The translations under genes were made by a program, and so were the position numbers. Below, in pieces: positions 45,136 to 56,200 of a DNA stretch of 64,000 bases. The stretch is taken from assembly GCA_016189025.1 (NCBI GenBank), contig JACPGS010000019.1, forward strand, positions 16,272 to 80,271. The letters run 5' to 3'. This DNA comes from Candidatus Magasanikiibacteriota bacterium. Its GTDB lineage: Bacteria > Patescibacteriota > Patescibacteriia > Magasanikbacterales > GWA2-37-8. Positions within the stretch are counted from its first letter, which is position 1. Every line of letters begins with the position of its first letter. The notes beneath the pieces are model-generated. The model saw nothing but the letters and a program-made list of their open reading frames with translations. It made no database searches and had not been told where the DNA came from.

Positions 45136-46377
45136 ATGCAACCAAACACCGCAAAAATCACAATCGTCTTTTCGCTTTCCGCAATCATTTTATTTGGCGG
45201 TGGTTGCGTACTATTTCAACCAAAAAATAACGCTCGTCGCCAGCAGTCTGTTGCCAACGTTTCCGCACCCGGGAGCGAAAACATCATCGCTAACGCTTTT
45301 TATCTCCCGATGGCGCCGGCAGATATCCAAACATTCCTTAACTCCCAACCGGGAATTCTCAAAAATTATCAAGAGCAGAATTACAGCCAGACTTTTTCCG
45401 GCGCGGAAATTATAGACTCTGCTGCCAATGACAGCCTGCGCGGGTTATTGAACCCGCGCATTTTACTGGTTTTGTTAGAATTCAAAAAAAACGTCATCAC
45501 CAATAGCAATCTCCAGGCCAGCGATCTTAAAAATCTGTTCGGTCTATCGTCAGAACGCGTGGAACGATTGAATGCCCGCATTTTCCTCGGCGGCGAATAC
45601 TGGACAGAATTTCCTGACGCCTGGCAAAATCTCCTCCTCCAGCTCACGGCGGCCGCCGAAACATTGCGACAGTATCCTGCCAATATCTCTATCGTGTCTT
45701 TTCGTGACGGCACAACCTCGACGCTACCCAATACTCTAAACGAGGAGACCAAACGCCTGGAGGCGTTGCTGGCTGAACTGGCCGATACGCCAGCACAGTG
45801 GCGGCGCTGGATCTCCAAGGAGCCGGGGTCGTTTTATGAGGTTTATAAAAGGTGGTTTGGGAATCCAGTGAAGGAAATTACTACTTTAACCGCAACAAGC
45901 ACCAGTGCAGATACTATCTCTCCAACATACCTCAACCAAGATTATCGTTCCTCCAAATTATATTATGATTTTGGAACACTTGAGTTGTCAGGTTATTTGG
46001 CTATTCAAAAATTTACTTGCGACCCCGAGATAGAGCCAATGTGTGAGGGTAATACCGATTATGCTTTTTTCGTTATTACCAATTCTTCTAATAAGAGTAA
46101 TTTTTACGATTTTCTGAAGGCCGGTGGTTATTATCCGTTAATTCAGTCAGATAGAATTGGGATAGGTTGTTACCAAGAAAAAGAGCAGAAGATTCATTCT
46201 GTTAATACCAGCGATCTAGATTGGGTTACGAGCGTTATCGGTGGGGACGAATTTAAAAAGTTAGTGGCCAGCGATAAAGAACACCCAGTTCGTCTCCGCC
46301 TAACCCGTCCCATTTTTAGCGGGGGTAGTGGCGCCCCCGAATGTTACTCGCATTTTAGATATTTTAAGGTGTGGTAA
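45136..46377 (+). CDS. Lipoprotein paralog 2 (413 aa) with a middle domain shared with the S8/M23 giant protein
   Basis: 'MQPNTAKITIVFSLSAIILFGGGC'. The middle ~200 aa '…NPRILLVLLEFKKNVITNS…QWRRWISKEPGSFYEVYKRWFGNPV' aligns with the 47238-gene segment '…NQRILLVLLELKAQVITNS…QWQQWVSKNGGSFYDLYQRWFGTPL'. Confidence 0.6.
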   Translation: MQPNTAKITIVFSLSAIILFGGGCVLFQPKNNARRQQSVANVSAPGSENIIANAFYLPMAPADIQTFLNSQPGILKNYQEQNYSQTFSGAEIIDSAANDSLRGLLNPRILLVLLEFKKNVITNSNLQASDLKNLFGLSSERVERLNARIFLGGEYWTEFPDAWQNLLLQLTAAAETLRQYPANISIVSFRDGTTSTLPNTLNEETKRLEALLAELADTPAQWRRWISKEPGSFYEVYKRWFGNPVKEITTLTATSTSADTISPTYLNQDYRSSKLYYDFGTLELSGYLAIQKFTCDPEIEPMCEGNTDYAFFVITNSSNKSNFYDFLKAGGYYPLIQSDRIGIGCYQEKEQKIHSVNTSDLDWVTSVIGGDEFKKLVASDKEHPVRLRLTRPIFSGGSGAPECYSHFRYFKVW

Positions 46378-46403
46378 CAGATTATTTTTACTTTTTTCTC
46401 TTT

Positions 46404-47231
46404 ATGCAACCAAACACCGCAAAAATCACCATCATCTTTTCGCTTTCCGCCATAATTTTGCTCGGCGGTGGTTGTGCGTTTTTTAAATTACAGCCATTCT
46501 CACGGGCCCCGCGGCAATTAAGCTCGGTGCCGGTAACAAGCTCTCAGCCAGCTAACCCTACAGCAGTTCCGGGGAGTGAAAACATTATGAATGGCATATT
46601 TGATATGATTATGGAGAAAAAAGATATACAAAAATTTATTGACCAGCAACACGGTATTTTAAGTAAATATAAAGAAGATTCTTCTGATGGTTTAAGGACT
46701 GTGGCAGAGGAGTTAGACCAAGTTACCACTTTAGATTTGCCCACGTCTCTTAATCCGCGCGTGTTTTTAGTTTTAATGGAATTAAAATCAAGTATTGTTA
46801 CCAGGCCTAACGTTACTGATTCGGAGGTTAGGAATGTTTTTGGCGTAACCACACAGCAGTATATAGATTGGCTGATAAAATATATCAACGCGCGAAGGCC
46901 TAGTGAAAAATTGTCACCGGGAGAAATAACAGAACTTAAGGGCCAGTTTAGCACCACCACACTACTAATGCAGTTGGAGTATGTTACCGATAAATTTATG
47001 GGTGCAATTTTTGAGGAACAATCCTCGCGTAAAATTATTTTTAAAAATGGCGATTCCTTCCAACCAGCGGCCAATATCAATTCAGAGACCTATGCTATTC
47101 AAGCGATAATGGCAGACTTAGCGGATTCGCAAGAGCAGTGGGAATTATGGGTGTCTAAAAAACCAGGGTCGTTCTACCAAACTTACAAGCAGTGGTTTGG
47201 CGACCCTGTATTAAGTGAGGATTTAAAATAG
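46404..47231 (+). CDS. Lipoprotein paralog 3 (276 aa; the listed ORF starts at 46371)
   Basis: 'MQPNTAKITIIFSLSAIILLGGGC'. It carries the same middle domain (…NPRVFLVLMELKSSIVTRP…QWELWVSKKPGSFYQTYKQWFGDPV). Confidence 0.6.
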   Translation: MQPNTAKITIIFSLSAIILLGGGCAFFKLQPFSRAPRQLSSVPVTSSQPANPTAVPGSENIMNGIFDMIMEKKDIQKFIDQQHGILSKYKEDSSDGLRTVAEELDQVTTLDLPTSLNPRVFLVLMELKSSIVTRPNVTDSEVRNVFGVTTQQYIDWLIKYINARRPSEKLSPGEITELKGQFSTTTLLMQLEYVTDKFMGAIFEEQSSRKIIFKNGDSFQPAANINSETYAIQAIMADLADSQEQWELWVSKKPGSFYQTYKQWFGDPVLSEDLK

Positions 47232-47237
47232 CCAACT

Positions 47238-50200
47238 TTGCGATTCAAAACGCTTGGTAATATGTACAAAACCATTTTTTTAAAATGGCTGCCAGCTCCA
47301 TTAGCGGCAATTTCCTTAGTTAGCTTGCTTTCGACGCCGGCTTTAGCATTGGAGAATGAAAATGTTGGCCCGTTGTCTGCTTCGTCTACTTTAGAGGCGC
47401 CGGTAGCGGACGCCTTGGCCACTTCTACCTTTCTTTTTGGCGCCTCTTCAACCACCGCTGTTTTAGAGCCAGGCAAACAACCGGGTAGTGATAAGACTGA
47501 TAAGGCGGCGGCAGAAAAGAAACAACGAAACTTTACGATTCCAATTTTTGATAAATCCCTGCGCGATAAGTATGGGGATAATTTAACGATTACCGATGAC
47601 GATGTATTCCTTGGCAGTGGCTTGATCAGCAGAACGGCCAGCACCACGCCCGCCGAAGCCGAACAAGCAGCCCGCGAGCGCCAGCGCGACTATGCAGCGC
47701 GGCGAGAGCGCATTAAAACCCGTCAGCAAAAGAAGGAGCAGTCATTACTTGCCCCTCGTTTCCGACCCGATGAACTGATTATTAAATTTAAGGTCAATGT
47801 TTCCGAGCTGGAGCGGGCAGAAGTATTGCGGGGGCAGGCATTAAAAGAGTTGGCCATTCGTTCTGTGCGTTCGCGCGTCGTTTTGCCGGGCGAAAAAATT
47901 ATCCTTAACAAGCAGTTAAAATTTGATGAGATGCGTTCGCTGGCGGCGACCCTGAAGCAGGATCCGCGCGTGGAATATGCGGAACCCAATTTTATCGCCC
48001 GCGCGTTGTCGGTAGCGCCCAATGACAGTGATTATGGCCAGCAGTGGGCGCTATCCAAAATACAAGCGCCGGATAGCTGGGAAATTACCACCGGCACCCC
48101 TTCGGCGGTGATTGCTATTTTAGATAGCGGCTGGAGCGCAACGCATCCCGACGCGCCGGCGCGTACGGTAGCAGGTTATGACTTTGTAGGCGATGACAGC
48201 GTGCCAGACGATGATAACGGCCATGGCACCTTGGTGACCGGGGTAATTGCCGGTAAAGCCAACAACGGCCTTGGCATTGCCGGCGTTTGTTGGGAGTGCG
48301 CCATTATGCCGGTTAAGGTGGTAAATAGCGTCGGAGAAGCCACTGTCGCGGATGTGGCAGACGGTATCCGGTGGGCCGTTGATCACGGAGCCAAAATTAT
48401 CAATATCAGCGTCGGCTCTTATGATTATTCGGTATATTTAAAAGAAGCCATTGATTATGCCCTAGCTCGGGACGTACTAGTGGTGGCGGCGGCTGGCAAT
48501 GATAAATCCAATTTTCCGGTGTACCCAGCCGCGTTGCCCGGTGTTATTGCCGTTTCGGCTACTACCAATGCCGACCAGTTGTGGGCTAGCTCAAATTATG
48601 GCGGTTATGTAACTTTAAGCGCCCCGGGTGAAAATATCTACAGCACGGATTTTAACGGCGGATATTCGTTAACGAGCGGCACCTCGTTAGCGAGCGCTTA
48701 CATTTCTGGGGCCTTGGGCATTCTGCAGTCGGCTAAACCCAATACCACTTCCACGCCATTGCTACAGGCGCTACTGGCCGGCGCTGATGATGTTGGTTTT
48801 GCTGGTAAAGACAGCTATTTCGGCGTCGGGCGGCTTAATATTATGAAGGCCCTGCAGGCGCTTTTGGGCAATAATTTAACCGGCGGTTTGCCGGAGAAGC
48901 CGGCGTATAGCGAGGATGATATATTTGGAGATGCTTTTTATTCCACCATTTCACTATCAGAAATCAGAAATTTTCTTAGTGCTCAAGCTGGCATACTCAA
49001 AAATTATCAAGAGGAGAGCCAAGGGCAAATTTTAGCCGGAGCAGATATTGCTGATATCGCTTCAATCGATAGTCAATTGGCGCCAATCAACCAGCGGATT
49101 CTTTTGGTGCTTTTAGAATTGAAAGCGCAAGTTATTACCAATTCTGCTCTTTCCCCGTCAACGTTACCGACTATATTTGGCGTTACTCAACAACAATATC
49201 TGCAATTTCTTCGCGCCATAGGTGTTTCTGAAGATAAATTAACACCCCTACCCACCACTGACCGTCTGCTCATTCAACTTACCTATGTAGCGGAAAAACT
49301 TCGGGAATACTTGAATTTAGGTGAATCAGGAGTGAGACAAATTATCTTTAAGGATGGTACGACGGTGGATACACCAACGCAAATTAACGCGGAGACTTAT
49401 GCACTGCAACGGCTGTTAGCTGAACAGGCGGATTCCCGCGCGCAATGGCAGCAATGGGTCTCAAAGAATGGCGGTTCTTTTTATGATTTATATCAACGTT
49501 GGTTTGGTACGCCGCTACAAACACTAGCTGGCAAAATAATTGAGCCACCCGCCATTCCTTTTTTACAGAAGCCGTATCGCGATGAAACATATTGGTGTGG
49601 TGTCACCAGTTTTTTTGATCATAAGTATCCTGTTTATTATTCTCAAGAAGTCGCTCGCGGTAATTTTGCTACCGACACCGTTGCATTATTCACAGGGAAT
49701 ATTCTAACTGCAGTGCCTACCACTACGGGATATAATTCTTATACTGGGCATGACGGGTTTGATATGCTTATTCGAGACTGTAATACATCCGGTCCTGCAG
49801 CTATTGGTAAAAATGTTCTTGCTGTCGCCGATGGCGTAGTCACGAAAGCCACTTCAACAAATTCGGCTGGTAATATCGTTTGGGTCGAACACGATGCGGA
49901 TGGTGACGGAAGAAATGATTACCGAACTGCCTACTATCATCTCAAAGAACCCAGTTCTCTTCATCCCGGTGTCACTGTATCAGCAGGTGTAACAATTATA
50001 GGGATAGCAGGCGATACAGGTCGTTCATCTAAAGGGGTACATTTGCATTTCGGCGTTTATAAATTGATCTATAATTCTAACGGTTCTTTTAATTCGGCTA
50101 AAGCTATTGACCCCTACGGCTGGTGGGGTGATTATCCTGATCCCTGGGAGGTGGCTAATAAATATGCCAAGAGTTCCTTTTTGTGGAAATCCTCCACCGA

Positions 50201-53200
50201 AGTTGATGACTTAGACCCAGGATTTACTGCGTTTAACAAACAATCCAAAGATACTCTATGGAATTATTATCCGAGTAAACTAGCCACCGCGGGTCGCGCG
50301 CTGTATACCTACGCCCAATTCCAGCCTGCCCGCCACTGGGATAACTGGGCGTTTTGGGGTGCGGATTTGCCTACCGCCGGTAAATATCAGGTATTTGCCT
50401 ATATCCCCTCCAGCACTTTAAAAAAGGAAATCTCCTCGGCCGTAATTTATCACGTTTATCACCAGGGAGGGATGACTACTACCACGGTTAACCAAAAGCA
50501 ATGGGCCGGGCAGTGGGCGCCGCTCGGTGAATTTATGTTTGAGGCCGGTGCTCATGCGGCGGTGCGGCTGGTGGACGAAACCGAGGACGCGGCCGATCAG
50601 GGCAAAGTGATCTGGGCCGATCGGGTTAAATGGATTCCGGTGGGCGACGCGCCGGCGCCTGCTCCACCGCCTCCGGATTTGCAGATTATGAATGACGGCA
50701 GTTTAAAGTTCGTGCGCTATACTCCCGGATTGCTCTCGCAACGTTATCAGTATTATCTGACGGCGACTGTTAAAAATATCGGCGGCAGCGACACGGTTGA
50801 TGCGGCGATCTGTTTTAAGGTTAAAGTCGGCGCGGAAAATGGGCAATGCGTGGGTAATAAAAAGCTCGGGGCGATTGCTGCTTCCCAATGGCAAACCATA
50901 AATTTGTCTTTTACCCTGGCGGATGACCTCGCCCGCTACTCTACCAGCACTATCGTGGGCGCGCTGACAATTGTGCCAACTAGCGTGTATCCCGCGGAGT
51001 CCGAGTCCGGCACCAGCAACAATAGCGTGGATCTTAGCCGCGGATTATTCGGCGACACGGTAGGCGGCGTGGATTTTACTCTAACCGAGTTATCCGGTTT
51101 GCAGATTGAGTCCGGCAGCGGCGACGTGAAATTTGTGATGAAATCCGAACAAGCCGCGGCCGGCGATGCAGTAATTGATTTGAACAATTTTCACTCCGAG
51201 ATGGCCAAAATATTTTTGCAAGCCTTGAGTATTCCCAACTACAAGCAGCATATTTCTCTTGATATCATCAAGATCAGCGGCGGTTATACCGGCCAAGCTG
51301 CCCTGGCGCCGCCGTTTGAACAGACTGATCAAGCCGATGCCATGCTGAATGCTGACCTAGCCATGAAATTTGATCTGTTCGGCAAATCTGACCTGGTTAC
51401 TTACGGCGATATTTGGACTAATTTAGTCAGCCAAAGTCCTTATTTGGCAGAAATCCAGGCCTCGGGTTTTCGCGAACAACCCCGCTGGATCATCGCCGCC
51501 ACCATTATCCCCGGCCGCATCACCGCCAGTCAGACCGGCAACACGATGTTTTTTGAAGACATTGATTTGGATATTAATACCGGCTGGTGGGTGGAGGAAC
51601 CTGCCCTTAATTTAACTCCTTACAATCTAAGCAGCGCGGCGCAGCAAGATTTGCAACAACGTTTAGCGGTTTATAAATCCCGGCTGGAAACTATTGTTAA
51701 AGATTACGCCAAAAATATTTTAATTCCCGAAATGAATAGTCCCGATGGCATTGCCGATCCCCGCTATAAGCGGCTGCGTTCGGTATACGGCGCCGTGGCC
51801 GCGGCGCAGTGGTATAAAGAACAGGTGCGCCGCAATCCGCAACTCCCGTTTGCCGCGCTGGTGGATTCCGAAAATCTTGCCGGGCTGGAATTGCCGACGC
51901 CGTTTGACCGCGCCTATTGGGATGTCCAGGCTTATCAATTGATCGCCAAGCAACCCTGCAACTGGTGGATTAATACGCCCGGCGAGTGTTCCCTGACAGG
52001 CGGCGCGGATTGGCAGCAAAGCCAGCCAGCCGTTACCGGCGCTCTGTCTTTTACCGAACAGTATATTGCCTCGTCTACTCTAGGCAGTTTTGAGGCAGTG
52101 CAGGGCAGCGGTATCAATTATGCTTTCGGGTCGGCTGTGCATGATGATAAGAATGCGCTGCCAGACATTGCTTTTAAAGATGCCGTGGTTACTGATCACA
52201 ATAATGAGAAGATTTTAGCCGGGGAGCCGGTGTCGTTTGTCGCCAGAACAACCAGCACTAATTTTCCCGCCTCGCAAGAATACTTTGTTAAGGTGCTTGA
52301 TACTTATTCTACTGAAGACGGACGCACCATTACCGACGAAACATGGTTGTTAAGACTTACTGCGGGCATTGGTAACTCCGAGATATTATCCACCACCGGG
52401 CGCGCCTTCCGTAATATTGGTTTGCATCATATTACTTTTGTGATTGACCCCTCTAATGATATTCCGGAATCCGACGAAACAAATAATACCCATGATTTAT
52501 ATATCAATGTTAAGCCGAACGGTTTGATCTTACAAGTGCGGCAACCGGCAGCGGGGGCAACGGTAATGCTTGACCCCGATCACCCGCTGGTGTTGAGAGG
52601 CGAAGCCTATGATGCCCCCCGGGAAGTTTATCTGTCTGGCACTTCGGTGGAATGGCGATCTGATGTTGATGGCTTTTTAGGGTACGGGCCGGTGGTGATT
52701 AAAGAAGCGTTGACGCCCGGGTTGCATACCTTTTCGTTTCTTGCTTTTGGCTTATACCACGAGGCAGTTACCACTACTCGTTTGAATGTACAAATCAAGC
52801 CCCAGCCGGGACTTGCCGTCAGCAGCAGCCAGGCCAGCGTTACCAGTTCGGCGACGTATGATTTTGGCAAAGTATATATTGGCGCCAGCAGCAGCGTTTC
52901 GTATGTGTTACGCAATAACGGCGCTGCCGACCTCAATTTTTATGATACGCCCCCGGTTATGGTGAGCGGGGCTGACGCCGGTGAATTTACCGTAGTAGAA
53001 CAGCCGCCGTCGGTATTGCCGCCGGGTTCCGCCGCTACCTTCACCATACGTTTTGCTTCAATGGCCACCGGGACAAAAGAGGCGGCTGTTAATATTGCCA
53101 ATAACGATCATCGTGTTGCGTTGTTTACTATTGAATTACGCGGCCGGGCGGAAATTGCACCGCTAATCTACGAATCTGGCTCGGACGGCGATACCAATCC

Positions 53201-56200
53201 CTGGTTCATCTACCCCTCTGGCACGGCCTCCACGCTCGCCAATGTGGTGGATGACGACCCGGCCCACGACCGCGTTATTCACCTCATCGCCAACACTCTG
53301 TCCACCCGCATGGTGTTCTATGCCCCGGCGAATAACCCCTGGCAATACCCCAGCTTCCCCGTCATGCAATGGGGCTTCAAGTACCAAAACCAGGCCAACT
53401 TCTTAATCATGCTCAAAACCGACAATCTCGCTCTCAACAACGGCTACCAGTATCTTTCTTATTCTACGCACAATACCCCGGGCTGGCGCGGCAATACTTT
53501 TTACTACCAGCTTGATCCGGCTTTGGCCGATGGTTCTTGGCGCACCTTGACTCGCAACCTCCAGCAGGATGTGAGCGCCTTTTCGCCCAACACTACCATC
53601 CTTGGTATTCAGTACTTCTCGGCCTATGGCACCGGGAGCATTGACAATCTGGCTTTGCTTAAAGAGGGTGCTCTCGCTACGGTTTCAGGCAAGGTCGCTG
53701 ACGCCAAGGGCAATCCTATCATTGGCGCTCTCATCAGCGCCCCGCCCTACCAGCTGACGACAGTTACCGACAGCCAAGGCAATTACCGCTTACCGGGGTT
53801 GCCCCAGGGCTCTTATACGCTCACTCCGGCAAAGTTTGGCCTTGATCTGCCTGCCGCTTCTACCACAGTTGCCGCCTCTGGCGTTGATATTTCCGGACTC
53901 AATCTCTCCGGCAACTTCGTGCTCTACGAATCCGGCGATGACCTGGACACCGCCCCCTGGTTCGTGAGCCCCGCCGGCACCGCTTCCACCCTGGCCAATG
54001 TCGGGGACGACACCAGCCACGGCCGCGCCATTGCCCTGACCGCTAACGACCCTTCCACCCGGATGGTGTTCTACGCTCCGGCGAATAATCCCTGGACACT
54101 CGCCACTCACCCGGTACTGCAGTGGGAAATGAAATACACCAGCGATCCGGAATTCCTGATCTATCTCAATACCACCGGCGGCGTTTATTATCTTTCCTAC
54201 GGCACCAACAATACTCCAGGCTGGCGGGGCAATAAGTTTTATTTTAAGCTTGATTCCAGCCTTAAAGATGGTAAATGGCACATTCTGGCCCGCGACCTCC
54301 AGACAGATGTCGCCTTGCTCTCGTCTACCACTACCATTACCGGTATTCAGTACTTCTCGGCCTATAATTCGGGCAGAATTGACAACCTCCAGCTTAAACC
54401 TATTCAACCTCTGGTCGCCGCCCTTACGGGCACGGTACGCGATGACGCCGGATATCCCGTTCCCGACGCCGCAGTGAGTATCGCTGCTTATCCAGTTGTT
54501 GTTCTCACCGACAGTCAGGGCATCTATAAGCTATTTGGATTGCCCTACGGAGATTATATTTTAGCAGTACAAAAGTCAGGTTATTACTTTCCCACCAGCT
54601 CAATCTCCTTCTCTGGCTATCGGCAATACGATATCAGTGGTACAGCTTTGTCTGTCGTCACCTACGAAGACGGCTCGGATGGCGACACCAGTCCCTGGTT
54701 TATCAGCCCCGGCGGCACTAATTCAACTCTGGCAAATATCGTGGATGACGACCCGGCGCACGACCGCGTTATCAGCCTGATTGCCAACGCCAATTCAACG
54801 CGAATGGTCTTCTACGCTCCCGCCACTAACCCCTGGGTTTTTCCTACGTTCCCTATCCTCCAGTGGGACGAGAAGTATGCCGGCGACTGGGAAGCGCTGA
54901 TCTATCTGGATACCTCGGCTGGAGCGCGCTATCTTTCCTACTCCCCGCATCACGCCAGCAATTACGTCTACAACAATAACACCGCCCGCCTGAAAGTTGA
55001 CGTGGCTCTCGCGGACGGCGCCTGGCATACCCTTACCCGCGATCTGCAAGCTGACTTCAATACGTTGTTCCCGGGCGTTACCATTACCGGCCTCAAGTAC
55101 TTCTCGGTTTACGGAACGGGGCGGGTAGATAATTTACGCCTACTTAAACAGTTGCCTGCTTCCCGTTTAAGTTTCGCCGATCCAGTATATTATGGATACG
55201 GTTCGTTTTATCAAGCCTCCGATTTAGCAGTCGGCGACCTGAATAAAGATGGAAACACGGATGTAGTAGTAATAGAAAATTTCATTTATTCTTCTCAAGG
55301 AAATGATGTTAATGTATTTTTTGGCAATAGTAACGGCACGTTTCAATTATCCCGAGACTACGCCAGCGGCAATGCCCAATTGCGGCGGGTGGCATTGCAA
55401 GATTTTAATGGCGATCAGTTTACTGATATTGCGGTAATCACCCACGGAGGCCAGACGGTATATGTATTCTTAAATCAAGGCGATGGCACGTTTGGCAATC
55501 CGGTCGGTTATCTTTTACCTGGTTGGGGGGAAGGATTGGCGGCGGCAGATGTAAATAACGACCATATATCGGATATCATTACGTCCAGCGGTGGCACCTA
55601 TAGCATCTTGCTGGGTAATGGTGATGGCAGTTTTCAGCCCCTCCTGACAGCGTATGTTAACAGTAAACCCTATGATATTCTTGCTGCCGACATGAATAAT
55701 GATGGCAAAATAGATTTAGTATTTGCTAACATGAATCAAAGCACGGTAGGTATTCTTTTAGGAAACGGCGACGGTATCTTTGGCAGTCAAGCCGAATACA
55801 TTACGGGGCGTTACCCGAGTGCTTTGACGGTAGGGGATTTTAATGGCGATAAACGGTTGGATATAGTGACGGCGGATCGCGCTACTATTAGTACACTGCT
55901 CGGCAACGGCGACGGCACTTTCCAGCCGGCGCAGATTAAAATAGGCGAATTTGAGAGCCTGATTGACATTGACGCCGCTGATTTTAATGGTGATGGTTTT
56001 TTAGATATTGCCGTTACCGATAGGCGTTGCTGCAATGACTACGCTAGCCGGGTATTAGTGATGACGGGCGACGGTCAGGGGTCATTTGCTAATGCCACTG
56101 AATATTTGGTAATTGGCTCCTTGGGGGCCTTAAAAAGTGATGATTTTAATCACGACAATAAGCCTGACGTTGCCGCATTAGGTAGTTCCTTAAGTATCTT

